This document shows, piece after piece, positions 25,431-38,259 of a stretch of DNA of 64,000 nt; the first letter of the stretch is position 1; each line of letters opens with the position of its first letter. The stretch comes from Leucoraja ocellata (taxonomy: Eukaryota). Under the pieces are notes generated by a model. That model was not told the origin of the DNA. It saw nothing but the letters and a program-made list of their open reading frames with translations, and ran no database searches. The position numbers were made by a program, and so were the translations under genes. The DNA lies in assembly GCA_036785375.1 (NCBI GenBank), contig JAWMAR010000191.1, forward strand, positions 992,001-1,056,000, given 5' to 3'.

Positions 25431-26017
25431 TATGATTTCATCACTGTGATAACATTCTGACATTCTAATCAGCCATGCCATTCGATATCCACTGATTAGG
25501 AAGGCTAATATTACAGTGATTATAACACTCTTATTAATGAGGACATGATTACAAGAAGCAGAGTGGCGGTGAAAGCCAACAAATAAAATCTTCATTATGA
25601 AAGGGGAAACCATGGTCCGCATTAAATTTATTTCAAAAGTGTTGTGGGCACAGGATCAGTCTTCTGACTTAATGTTATTCTGGAGTTTTGATATCCAGTC
25701 AGGCTTCTTCATTTTCATGTTTTATTGTAGTTCTTTTGATTGTTTACTCGCTGTTTGATCACTGACAGGTACCTGTTATTTTATGCATAATCCTATCTTG
25801 TCTCTTTGCAAAGCCTGTATGGCAAAGCTTTAATAAGCACAGCTGTACAACATCTGTTTGAAGGGAGGCAGCCTATTTAAAATTCCGAGAATCATAGTTA
25901 TTTAAATATAAGATGACTCCCGTGAATGTGTAAATATACACAATGCTGCATTTCCAACTATCCTTTTCAAAGGAAATTAAAAGCCTCTAGGATATGATTG
26001 TGAGGCTTTTCATTAAC

Positions 26018-26333
26018 TTTGGTTTAGTTTAGAGATACAGCATGGAAACAGGCCCTTCGGCCCACCGAGTCCTCACCGACCAGCGATCACTGCACATTAA
26101 CACAATCCTACACACACCAGGGACAATTTACATTTATACCAAGCCAATTAACCTACAAACATGCAAATTTGGAGTGTGGGAGGAAACCGAAGATCTCGGA
26201 GGAAACCCACGCGGTCACGGGGAGAATGTACAAACTCCGTACAGACAACGGTCATAGTCAGAATCTGACTCGGGTCTCCAGTGCTGCAAGCGCTGTCAGG
26301 CAAGAACTCTACCACTGCGCCACTGTGCCACCC
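26018..26333 (-). mobile_element. HE1-type V-SINE, full length
   Basis: Same head, V-domain and tail as other copies. Confidence 0.9.
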
Positions 26334-26724
26334 TAAAACAATACAACAATACTAATTTGATCAAGAAATTTATCAGCAGGTATTTAGTGAAATTTCAGAA
26401 CGGGTGCTTCAAGACTTCTTTTTTTAAATATTGTGGATAGGAATTCAAAATGACATGTGTGCATGCAACTGTTCACCAGTACAGATTTCAATGTTAAAAG
26501 TAAAGGCATGATCAATATTGGCAATGCACAGTGGCTTTCAAGATTTACTGTCAAGAGTTTGGCATCAGACTTTCCGTTTTGAGCAGAGACATGCAATGTA
26601 AAGAAAGATACGCTCAACCCCATCCAATGATTTTCTGTGGCTGTCACAGCAACTAATGTCTATCTGCTCACGTTATAATGGCATCTCAACACTACACTGT
26701 GTTCAAGCACGAGTGAGGTGTGTG

Positions 26725-27031
26725 AGGGCTGGTAGTGCCGCTGTCTCACAGTGCCAGAAACCCGGGTATTGATCCTGAACTTGGGCGCTGCTGTGTGGAG
26801 TATGCACATTATAACTGTGAACACATGGGTTTCCTCTGGGTGCTCTGGTTTTCTCCAGCATCCCAAAGACATGCTGGATTGTAGATTAATTGTCCTCGAA
26901 AATTGCACCTAATTGGATTGGCAATGGATGAGAAGGTGGAATTACATGGAACTAGTTTGAGCGGCTGATTAGTGGTCAGCTTGGACTTGGTGGGCCATAG
27001 GGCCTGTTTCCACGACTATCTAAAACTAAAC
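26725..27031 (+). mobile_element. HE1-type V-SINE
   Basis: CACAGTGCCAGAAACCCGGG..GGGCCATAGGGCCTGTTTCC..CTAAAACTAAAC. Confidence 0.8.
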
Positions 27032-27039
27032 AAATTGGA

Positions 27040-27550
27040 CACATAAAGCAGGAGTAACTCAGCTTTCTGGAGAGAAGGAATGGGTAGCTTTTTGGGTTGA
27101 GACTCTTCTTCAGACTAGTCTGATGAAAGGGAAATGAGAGATATAGATGATGATGAAGAGAGATAAAGAACGGCGAATTAAAGACATTGCAAAAAATTAA
27201 TGATGATAAAGGAAACAGGCTATTGTTGGCTGTTAGCAGAAAATGAGGAGCTGGTGCGACTTGGGTGGGTGAGGGATAGAGAGAGGGATAGAGAGAGTTG
27301 GAATGCTGGGGTTGATTGAAGTTAGAGAAATCAATATTCACACCACTGGGCTGTAAGTTGCCCAAGTGAAGTATGAAATGCTGTTCCTCCAATTTGTGTT
27401 TATCCTCACTGACAATTGAGGAGACCGAGGACAGAAAGGCCTGTGTGGGAACGGGAAGGAGAATTAAAGTGTTTAACAACCGGGAGATCAGGTAGGTTCA
27501 GGCGGACCGAGCGAAAGTGTTGAACGAAACGATCACCCAGTCTACGTTTT
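27040..27550 (-). mobile_element. Penelope-like element 3' end: GIY-YIG endonuclease C-terminus plus pLTR
   Basis: Minus translation KRRLGDRFVQHFRSVRLNLPDLPVVKHFNSPSRSHTGLSVLGLLNCQ, frameshift, SEDKHKLEEQHFILHLGNLQPSGVNIDFSNF; then UTR and AGTCTGAAGAAGAGTCTCAACCCAAAA. Confidence 0.85.
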
Positions 27551-28408
27551 TCAATCAATTCTCAGGAGTGACCTCTGTGTCACAAGGCGAGCGGCATTTT
27601 GTGACTATCACTTTAACTCTGCTGAAAAACTAGAGGAAATGCATTGTTGGGTCCAGCATCAGAACCCTGGGTCCAAACATTATCATTGGTATAGAATTCA
27701 ACACAACAGCATCTCTCCAGATACATTGGAACTTGCATTCTGGGAAGATACAGGACAGGAATAAGCTGCCCACATGGCAAATCTATGCTGGAGAAACTAC
27801 ACTGCTCCATTAATAACAATAAAGAGAGAAAAAGCCGTTAGACGGGAACAATTAAAAGGCATCACACTATGGAAAAGCAAAATTATTCTCTGTAGTGAGG
27901 ATTTGCTGTAATCCTGGTCCCAAAGGAGCTGCGTAAATCATCAACAGAATTAGCATTTATACTCCCAAGGGACTGATGGTTTGGCGATGAGTAAGGGTGA
28001 TAAATGTTAAAGGAACTCTTTCACAGACTGCTGGTTTTATGTCCCCAATGCAGTGCACCTGTGCGCAGTGTAACACACAAAAAATATCTTTATCCTCTAC
28101 TAATGCATGCATGCATACATACATCTGCCTGCTAATGAGTGCATATGACAGATATAGATGGATTTAACTCTTTTAATGCTGAAAATAATTTAAATTGATG
28201 CTTGTCATCACTGAACTAATGTAGTGTATGAATAAATGTACTTAGTCATTTTGCCTACCTCCATGACTATTTTTTCAGATTATATATACATTGTATTCAG
28301 ATTATTTTTTCAGATTATTATACATTGTAATGCTTAGTGCTCAGTGTTGGTGCAAAGATATTTGGTATTTAATGTCTGCAGGCCATTAGGACTGCCTTCT
28401 CTATCCTG

Positions 28409-28493
28409 TAGATAGACACAAAAAGCTGGGACAGGCAGCATCTCTGGAGAGAAGGAATGGGTGACGTTTCAGGCCAAGACCCTTCTTCAGACT
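28409..28493 (-). mobile_element. PLE pLTR fragment with intact hammerhead core (28460-28493)
   Basis: Minus AGU-CUGAAGA-A-GGGUC-UU-GGCCU-GAAAC-GUC/ACC. Confidence 0.75.
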
Positions 28494-29721
28494 ATCCCAT
28501 GTTGTAGTGGACATTAAATATTAAGATGCTTCTGTGAAAATTTGCTCAACTTGAAAACTTCATACTTTTGAACTGGCATTGGGTTCATAAAATACGAAAA
28601 TGCTTGTAATTATGAATTATTTCAAAAATATGTTATATGGAACAGCATTCTGAAATCCATTTATTTTGAAGCATTATGTGCCAATATATAGAAATGTAAA
28701 ATAAAAATGATTGCATTATTGCACGATTCCATTGCAAAAATACTTTCATTAAGTCTTCAGGTTCTCATCTCTCTGCTGGTTCCAAATGTAAAACCAATTT
28801 GAAGTGGAGGAGGTGTATTTGCTTGATATTAGTTGGTTGATGGATTATTCTTTCCTAAACACTCTGTCCCACTAAACCCTCCAGATATAATGGCAAAAAT
28901 CTCACCTCACTGCTTCGAGTTGTGGGGAGATTAATTGCTTGCTAATGCACCAGATAACTCTTTCAACACGAATTGAATAGATTTGATACAAAGCACATTA
29001 AAAAAGTTACAAAATTCACTCGAGTGAACAAGTTCAAGAATAAAATCATATCATGGCGTAAACAGTCTTTGTTGTCTGCTTTGAGGAGTCCTTATCAAAT
29101 GAAATTACTAGCCAGGAAGCAGAGTTTTCTACTCCTTGGTGTCTCTTATGTTATTTTTTTAAATAGTGATTTTTTTATTAACCTTTTTTCATCTTTTTAT
29201 TGTCCACAAAATATATCGAGCAAGTCAGATCTCCACTGAATCCCATGCCTTAAACGCACTGTCTCAGATATTTATTACACTCCATTACGTATTAACTGCA
29301 GTTTACTTTCAACTCATCCTACCATTATTTGATCGGAAGAGCCTTTGGTATATATTGACTGAACAAACTAAATTCCTTTTCCTATTACCTGGTGTTTTGG
29401 GATTTGTGGCATTGTTTTGAGGATTGCATTCTGTGGTTTAGATTCTTCTTCCATGAGAATAAAAAGTGTTGACTTGGTTTTGATTGAACAACAAGAGGAT
29501 TGTTGACAATTAGAAGGCCAATAACTTGGTGACTAAATAATATTAAATATATTTTTCAGTAAACTGAATTTATCCCAGATTAGGAGCAAATAGTTGTTAC
29601 AGGATTTACCTTCAAGAAGATTATGATAAATATTAATTGTAGGTTTATCCCTAAAAATGAGTTATTCCTACTCTGAGCAAATTTTTGGTTTACATTCCCT
29701 CAAGTGTTATTCTGTGGGTTG

Positions 29722-29908
29722 TAGAAATGAGGAACTGGAGATGCTGGTTTGTCAAGGAAAAACAAAAAATTCTGGAGTAACTCATCGGGTGAGATAGCAT
29801 CTCTGAAGAACATGCACAGGTGATGTTTCTGAAGAAATGACACCTCTCCATGTTCTCCAGGGATGCTGCCTGACCTTCTGAGTTACTCCAGAATTTTGTA
29901 TCTTTCCT
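29722..29908. mobile_element. PLE pLTR fold-back
   Basis: Inverted arms CTGGAGTAACTCA / TGAGTTACTCCAG. Confidence 0.7.
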
Positions 29909-30367
29909 TGACCTGGAGATTGCTAATTTACTAGTTAACATTTACTAATTAATGTGGTCCTTGTCACATTGATATTTCCATTTGCATCTGTGTGGGGAAT
30001 ATTAAAATGCATTTATTAAATGTGGAAAATTAATCAGGGATAACATAATCCCATCAAGCAATTCACAATTTTATTTTCCTCTCATTTGTTTTCCCTTCCC
30101 TGTTATGGAGACATCAATTACTTGCAAAATGATCATACTTATGGTTCAGCACCTTCATAACCTGGTCATTGTTATATGTGATACTTAACTAAAAGCTTCA
30201 GTAGGCTATTCACCAATGAAACTTGACCCAAATTCTGATCTCCACTCAATTGGGAAAAACATTTCTCCAGAATCATTCCTATTCTCAGCTGTACTTTGGT
30301 ACAGCAGTTACCCAAGATAAGATCAGATCATTTATTGCAGATGATTTTGAAATCTGGAAACATTTAT

Positions 30368-30545
30368 GAAGAAAAGGCACAAAATGCTGCAGTTACTCAG
30401 CAGGTCATGCTGCATCCCTGGTGATAGAAGAAGGGTTCTGACCCGAAATGTCATCTATTCATCTCTTCTGGAGATGCTGCCTGACCCGCTGAGTTACTCC
30501 AGCATTTTCTGTCTTTTTTCATAAACTAACATCTGCAGTCCCTTG
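30368..30545. mobile_element. PLE pLTR fold-back
   Basis: Inverted arms; GAAGAAGGGTTCTGACCCGAAATGTC. Confidence 0.7.
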
Positions 30546-31813
30546 TGTCAACATTTATAATACTCAGTTACACTATGAATAAGTTGCACTCTTTTCAACA
30601 CGGAGTCTTCGTGGATATTGTTCCATGGGAACTAAATAGCATTACCCTGTATTTCTTGCTACCAGAAATGGTACTCACTTCAGATTTATGCATGTACATT
30701 GACTGTGGGCAAATTGTTCAACTGTGGAGGGGGGAATCAATCTGGTGAAGCACGCATTAAATAGCCAATTTGTCAATATTCAGGAACCAGGGCTAATTTC
30801 CCCTTCTGTGGAGATGTACCGCTGGTGTTTGGAGTTTAAACCAAGCCACTGAGAGGTGTTGCACTTTGGAAGGTTGAATGTAAGGAGTGTGTTTACAATT
30901 AATGACAAGACCCTTAACAGCATTGATGTGCAAAGGGATCTTAGGGTCCAAGTTCATAGCTTACAAAAGAGGGCAGCACAAGTCGAGAGGGTGGTAAATA
31001 ATGCATAAAATATGCTTGCCCTCATTGCTAGGTGCAGGAAGTCTTGATGCAGTCTAGATTGCTTAGGCTGTATTTGGAGTATTGCACGCAGTTCTGGTCG
31101 TCCCATTACAGAAAAGACATGGAAGCTATGGAGAGGGTACAGAAGAGGTTTACCAGGATGCTACCTGGATTAGAGGGTTTCAGATACAGGGAGAAGTTGG
31201 ATGGACTTGGATTGCTTTCTCTGGAACATTGGAGGTTGAGGGGAGATTTGAGGGTAAATTATGGGAGGTGTAGATAGGATAGAAAGTCAGAACCCGGTTT
31301 ACCATGGAAATGTACAACACTAGATGGCATAGCTATATGATGAGAGGGGGAAATATAATGGAGAAGATTGGGGCACGTTTATTGCACAAATTTGGTGAGG
31401 GCCTGGAACACATTGCTAGCTGTGGTGGTGGAAGAGTCAGATACCATAGTGGCATTTACAGTGGCCTCCATAATGTTTGGGCCAAAGACCCATCATTTAT
31501 TTATTTGCCTCTGTACTCCACAATTTGAGATTTGTAATAGAAAAAAATCACGTGGTTGAAGTGCGCATTGTCAGATTTTATTAAAGGGTATTTTTATATA
31601 TTGTGGTTTCACCATGTAGAAATTACAGCTGTGATACATAGTCCCCCCATTTCAGGGCACCATAATGTTTGGGACACATGGCTTCATAGGTGTTTGAAAT
31701 TGCTCAGGTGTGTTTAATTGCCTCCTTAATGCAGGTACAGGAGAGCTCTCAGCACCCAGTATTTCCTCTAGTCTTTCCATCACCTTTGGAAACTTTTAGT
31801 GCTGTTTATCAAC

Positions 31814-34099
31814 ATGAGGACCAAAGTTGTGCCAATGAAAGTTGAACAAGCCATTATGAGACTGAGAAACAAGAATAAAACTGTTGAAGACATCAGGCTT
31901 CCCAACATCAACTGTTTGGAACATCATTAAGAAGAAAAAAAGTACTGGTGAGCTTACGAATCGCAAAGGGACTGGCAAGCCAAGGAAGACACCCACAGCT
32001 GATGACAGAAGAATTCTCTCTATAATAAAGAAAAATCTACAAACACCTGTCTGACAGATCAGAAACACTCTTCAGGAGTCATGTGTGGATTTTCCAATGA
32101 CCACTGTCCTCAGAAGGCTTCATGAACAGAAATACAGAGGCTACACTGCAAGATGCAACCCACTGGTTAACCGCAAAAATATGATGGCCAGGTTACAGTT
32201 TGACAAGAAGTACTTAAAAGAGCAACCACAGTTCTGGAAAAATGGTCTTGTGGATAGATGAGACAAAGATTAACTTATATCAGAGTGATGGCAAGAGCAA
32301 AGTATGCAGGACAGAAGGAATTTCCCATGATCCAAAACATATCACCTTATCTGTGAAACACGGTGGTGGGGGTGTTATGGCCTGGGCATGTATGTACTGG
32401 CTCACTTATCTTCATTGATGGTACAACTGCTGATGGTAGTAGCATAATGAATTCTGAAGTTATAGACACATCCTATCTGCTCAAGTTCGTTTTCGTTTTA
32501 ATATTTTTTATTATTTTATACAATTTTTTAACAAAACAGAACAAAACAAACAAAAAAAATAAAAAATAAAAACTGAAAAAGACAACAGGAAAAAAAAAGG
32601 AAGGAAAAAAAAATTATAATTAAAAAAATAATAATAATAAAACAATAGCCGCCAGACATAACAGTATTGGTACAATCCACATGGTGCTACACAGTCATAC
32701 ATTGCAAAAGCAGAAGTAAAGGTCACAGGACTACATCACTGCAGATAATATGAAATTATGAAATTATTGGACTTTGAGATGGTTGATAAATGGTCCCCAA
32801 ACACTTAAAAAGTTGTTTGGTACCTTGGAGTTGTAGAAGCGTATCCTTTCCATCTGTATGATTATTATCATTTCATTGAGCCATTTTTCGAAGCAGGTGA
32901 TTTCCAGTCTGTTAGGATCATGTTCTTGGCTGCCACCATACCAAGCATCAGTGCTTGTTGTTCTTCAGATGTGAAGTACAAAGCAGTCTCTGAGCATCCA
33001 AAAAGTGCCAGTTCTGGATCAGGGAGAATATCTTTTCCATAGACCCCAGAAAACCACTTAAATATTTTAGACCAGTATCTTTGTATATGAGGACAGAGCC
33101 AGAAAATATGTGTTAAAGAACCATCTGCACTTTTGCATCTGTCACATAATGGAGAAATAGCAGGGTAGATTCGATGTAATTTGGTCTTTGAGTAATGGAG
33201 TCTGTGGATGACTTTAAACTGAATCAGTTTATACCTGACATTGATCGAACAAGTTTGGATTCTGGTCAGACCTTCATTCCAAGTGTCGTCAGACACCTCG
33301 AAATTCAGCTCAGTAGACCAGGCTTCTTTCAGATGGATAGTGGATACAGAGGTGGTGAATAGACTCACAAAGCGAGATATTAGATGTTTGGAGTCTGGAG
33401 GAAGCTGCAGGAGCTCATAGAGTGGGCAACTGTCAGGCATGGATTGAAAATTTGCAATTTGATCTTTAACGTAGTGCCTAATTTGGAGATAGCGAAAAAA
33501 ATGAGAGTTGGAAAGGTTAAATTTTGATTTCAGCTGATTAAACGAAGCAAACTTTTTGTCAATATATAGATCTCTGAGGGTCGCAAGGCCCTTGTCCCTC
33601 CAGACAGCAAACACCCCATCCGTCTGTGATGGCAAAAAGGAGTGGTTGTGACATATGGGGATGTAAATAGAGACATTTGACAATGTACTGAAACTTCTTA
33701 TCTGATTTAAAATTCGAATAGAATTTCTTAAAATGAAGTTCTCACCAAAGTTCTCAAGTTCAAACAAATGCCTCAAAACTCATTGGCCGGCGGTTCATTC
33801 TACAGCAAGACAATGATCCCAAACATACTGCTAAAGCAACAAAGGAATTTTTCAAAGCTAATAAATTGTCAATTCTTGAGTGGCCAAGTCAATCACCCAA
33901 TCTAAACCCAATTGATCATGACTTTGATAGGCTGAAGAGAAAACTGAAGGGGACTAGCTCCCAAAACATGCATAAGCTAAAGATGTTTTCAATACAGGCC
34001 TGGCAGAGCATCACCAGAGAAGACACCCAGAAGCTGGTGATGTCCATGAATCACAGACTTCAAGCAGTCATTGCATGCAAAGGATATGCATCAAAATAA
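31814..34099 (+). pseudogene. Tc1 transposase pseudogene (frameshifted, L1-interrupted)
   Basis: MRTKVVPMKVEQAIMRL.., VLWIDETKINLYQSDG, VKHGGGGVMAWAC, QQDNDPKHT, WPSQSPNLNPIDH. Confidence 0.9.
32489..33752 (-). mobile_element. 5'-truncated L1-clade LINE inserted in the Tc1
   Basis: ~290 open codons of ORF2 C-terminus with CCHC motif CDRCKSADGSLTHIFWLC; A-rich tail; 9-bp TSD CTCAAGTTC at 32480-32488 and 33753-33761. Confidence 0.9.
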
Positions 34100-35410
34100 T
34101 ATACATGATTACTTTCATTTTCATGACATTGCTGTGTCCCAAACATTATGGTGCCTTGAAATGCGGAGACTATGTATAAACACTGCTGTAATTTCTACAT
34201 GGTGAAACCAAAGTGTATAAAAATGGCCTTTATTAAAATCTGACAATGTGCACTTTAACCACATGTGATTTTTCTATTACATATCTCAAATTGTGGAGTA
34301 CAGAGGCAAATAAACAAATGATATGTCCCAAACATTTTGGAGGATACTGAAAAAAACCTTTTAGACAGGCACATGGATTTGCTGGTAATGGATGGATATG
34401 GATCATGTGTAGGCAGGTGAGACCAGTTCATATATGCATCATGTTCGGCACAAATATTTTGGAATGAAAGGCCTGTTCCTGTGATGTATTGTTCTATGCT
34501 CTATGTTCTAAGTCCAGTTATTTTATTGTTATTGCCCATTAGCAGGGATAAGTTGAGATGGTATTTGGTTCAGATAAGGAATTAGCGAGAGTGTAAAAAG
34601 CCAGAAACAGTGATTATAAGTTTGAGAATAATATTTTTCACTTAAAATCCAGCAACTGCATAGAATTGACTGCTATTTAGTGTTGTAAATATTAACTCGG
34701 GTGAATCATTTATGGGGATAAAAGATCATTTATTCCATCTCTAAACCCTATACCCAGTGAATCGCCAACATTAAAGCAATAGCACAAAATCAATAAATCA
34801 TGAACAAAATCATGAATGTTGTGCTGCATTCAAAACAGATCTGGATTCATTCCCGATTCAGGAAAGAGAAGAATGTTTGGTGTAGGGGGAGCAAGGTCAA
34901 ACTCTAATACCAGAGTTGTGGTTGCTGAGTTCCCCATGTCTGGTCATTTCTTGGACGTTTACAATTAGCTACCTATTTTGAGCTAAATTTGGAAAATCTT
35001 CAAAACGTAAACGTTTCTCCCATACTTGAATTAAATGGTACATGCTGCATACAGATTTCTGCCCAGTATTAGTCTCACCATGTTTTTACAATGACTAAGC
35101 TGATTAGTATTTTAGAATTTTAAAACTATCAGTAGCTCTAAATCAGGTTTTAATTGGCTTTTCTACTCGTCTTCAGAAAGTAAACTGCTTTGGGTCTTTC
35201 TGCTGCAATAAGAGGCTTTACAAATGCAAGGCTCTGTCGTATTGCCCAAAGCTGCCCAAAGGTAACTCTTCATTGATTCATTCTTTCCCTTCATTCTTTA
35301 GGGTAAATTGCCTTCCTGATTGATCTTCTCTGCCATAGGGGTAATGGACTATCATAATTCAGACCAATTGTTTGCAAATAGATTTGAAATTCTAGATCAA
35401 ACCTGGAATA

Positions 35411-35690
35411 AGTTTGAGTTTAGTTTATTGTCACGTGTACCTAGGTACAGAGAAAAGCTTTTGTTGCGTGCTAACCAGTCAGCAGAAAGACAATACATGA
35501 TTACAATCCAGCCATCCATAGTCCAGATGCAATGTAAAGGGAAAAACGTGAATAGCGTTTAGTGCAAGATAAAGCAAATAAAGTCCGATCACAGAGTCTC
35601 AAATGAGGTAGATAGTAGTTCAAGACTGCCCTCTAGTTGGTAGGATGGTTCACTTGCCTGATAACAACGGAAGAAACACTCCCTTAATCT
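35411..35690 (-). mobile_element. Rex1-like LINE 3' end
   Basis: TTTATTGTCACGTGTACC..TTGCCTGATAACA; reverse of 6012-6280. Confidence 0.65.
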
Positions 35691-35731
35691 CGAGGTGTGC
35701 TGAGGCAGTGGGAGGTGTAAATGGAGTCAAT

Positions 35732-35990
35732 GGCAGTCACGGTGGTGCAGCGGTAGAGTTGCTGCCTTGCAGCAAAATGCAGCACCGGAGACCCGGGTTC
35801 GATCCCGACTATGGGCGCTGTCTGTACGGAGTTTGTACGTTCTCCCCGTGACCTGCATGGGTTTTCTTCGAGATCTTCGGTTTCCTCACACATTCCAAAG
35901 ACTTACTGGTTTGTAGGTTAATTGGTTTGATAAATGTACAAAAAAAAATTGTCCAGTATAAAATTGTCCAAGTTCCAGTATAGTCCCTGG
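35732..35990 (+). mobile_element. HE1-type V-SINE (3' truncated)
   Basis: GGTGGTGCAGCGGTAGAG head, GGTTCGATCCC B box, V-domain. Confidence 0.85.
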
Positions 35991-36651
35991 TGGACTCTTC
36001 AGAAGGTACAAGGTACAAGGGAGGGAGCTTGGTTTGGGCATAACTTGGTGCCACATGTTGCTGACATACATATTTTGGAGATTTTTTTTCATTGTGTGTC
36101 AAAATACAAACATCGTCTTTTCAATGGCAACGTGTTGCAGCAACTCTTTTTGTTAACCTGTTCATTGAACTTTTATTGTCCTTGTCTGTGCAGGTCTAAA
36201 GTGAAATCAACTTCCTACATTTTGAAAATAACACTTAACATTGAATTGGGTGCAATTTGTATAATTGTTTGTGTTACCTCATTGTGTTGTAAATGCTTAA
36301 TCATTCACAAATGTTTGAGGAGTGAATCTTTCTTCAAATGACCCTAGGTCAGCATTGATGTTTGAAAATCCCTAATGATAGCCAACTGATCAAAGAATAA
36401 TATTGACCAGATCTAATCTAATCTTCTCAGTAAAACAAACTGCAAGTTGGTGTGGGAAATATCATACCTTGTTAGTGAAATGTAATCCCAACATATTTGG
36501 AATGTGTATGAAAAGCGCCAGTGGATCATCACTTGCAACTCTAGCTTCAGATAATGTAGCCGCATCCACATCATATAATTATTGGAAATATCTAAAATAA
36601 TTACATAGAATAAATATACAGAGTTCCTAAAGAGATCATTGACTCATTAGG

Positions 36652-36861
36652 TAGAACAAAAATGTTGGAGAAACTTAGCGGGTGAGGCAGCATGTATGGA
36701 GAGAAGGAATAGGCGACATTTCGGGTCGAGACCCTTCTTCAGACAGTCCGAAACCTTGCCTATTCCTTCTCTCCATAGATGCTGCCTCACCCGCTGAGTT
36801 TCTCCAGCATTTTTCGTCCATCTTTGATTTTTCCAGCATCTGCAATTCTTTCTTAAACATC
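36652..36861. mobile_element. PLE pLTR fold-back with TSD
   Basis: GACTCATTAGG at 36641-36651 and 36862-36872; minus-strand hammerhead GUCUGAAGAAGGGUCUCGACCCGAAAUGUC. Confidence 0.85.
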
Positions 36862-36961
36862 GACTCATTAGGATACTTTATGGACATTTACCCCAGGATT
36901 ATGGGATCTGATGTAAACATGACATTTTCGACAGGTGACGTGGACCCACGGCCCACGTATC

Positions 36962-37460
36962 TTTAGAAAGGGTCCAAAGGTGGTTTATGAGAATGATCCT
37001 GGGGATGATTGGATCGACGTAAGAGTAGTATTTGTAAGATCAGCACCTGCATTCACTGGGGTTTAGAAGGATGAGAGGGATCTCATTGTAAAACCTACCA
37101 GATAATGAAAGACTAAGATTGAGTGAACATGGAAAGGATGTTTCTGTTCTTGGGATAGTCTGGAACCAAAAGGTTCAGCTTCACAATAAATGGAAATGCA
37201 TTCAAAATGGTGATGAGGAATAATTTATTTTGCCAGAGGATGGTGAATCTGTGGAATTCATTGCCGCAGACAGCTGTGAGGGCCATTGGGTATTTTTAAG
37301 AGGGAGATCGATAGATTCTTGATTGGTGAGTGCAACAAATGTTATGGGGTGAAGCCAGGAGAATGGGGTTGAGAGGGAAAAATAGATCAGTCATGATTGA
37401 ATGGCAGAATAGGCTCGATCTGCTGAAGGGCCTAATTCTGGTCCTATGTCTTATGGTCTA
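36962..37460 (+). mobile_element. CR1 3' end (old)
   Basis: CAGAGGATGGTGAATCTGTGGAATTCATTGCC..GATCAGTCATGATTGAATGGC. Confidence 0.8.
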
Positions 37461-38122
37461 CCATTTTAATCTGAAGAATTTAGTTGCAACTGATGTGTAT
37501 GGCTTCTCATCAAGGCAAATAACCACGCCAGGCGATGCCAACCAAAGGAAACCTTTATGAGAAGTTTCCATGTTGGATATGGAGGTCCCAACAATATGTT
37601 CTGCCTTATACAAATATTATTTAATCTGTACTGCCAGTATTATTGGGTTGATCTTCATATCAAAGGGATGCTGCATATTGGACAGTATTCACTTACTTGC
37701 CTTGTGAACACCTTACTATATCTCATCTTTGGATGAAGGTATATAAAAGATAATGGAATTTCCCTAAGTTCTCATGCAGCACATGAACAATTTATAGACC
37801 AATATCAATAATAATGTTACTATAGCAAAATAGCTGAAGATTGGGATGCCCGCAGGCATGAATTAACTGGAACAGAGAATTTGGTCTCCCAATGTTGCCG
37901 CTGGTGATTCAGCAGAAATAGACTTTCTACATTTACTTAATGCATTGCACAGTGCCATATGTCAGGAACTGTAACAATGTTGCCATGGATTGTTCTTCCT
38001 ATGTTTAAATTCACAACCAAATATTTCATTGTCTGTTGTGAATATCAAAGTCACTGTAAAATTGCTTACAATTTCTGAAATTGATGCAAATAAAGAAACA
38101 CAAGAGAATAAGAGTAAAATTG

Positions 38123-38259
38123 NNNNNNNNNNNNNNNNNNNNNNNNNNNNNNNNNNNNNNNNNNNNNNNNNNNNNNNNNNNNNNNNNNNNNNNNNNNNNN
38201 NNNNNNNNNNNNNNNNNNNNNNNNNNNNNNNNNNNNNNNNNNNNNNNNNNNNNNNNNNN
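38123..38259. other. Assembly gap (137 N)
   Basis: Run of N. Confidence 1.

Larger units (their letters stand above)
31459..34349 (+). mobile_element. Tc1-family (IR/DR type) DNA transposon relic
   Basis: ~215-bp TIRs starting CAGTGGCCTCCATAATGTTTGGG / ending CCCAAACATTTTGGAGGATACTG, inner direct repeat CCATAATGTTTGGG, preceded by TA. Confidence 0.92.
30838..34510 (+). mobile_element. CR1 LINE 3' part (30838-31458 and 34350-34510) split by Tc1
   Basis: LRLYLEYCTQFWSSHYRKDMEAMERVQKRFTRMLPGL; continues CTTTTAGACAGGCACATGG after the Tc1. Confidence 0.88.

Noticed and set aside
27569-27764. ~65-codon open frame on the plus strand
   Set aside because: Unrecognised peptide; length is within chance expectation.
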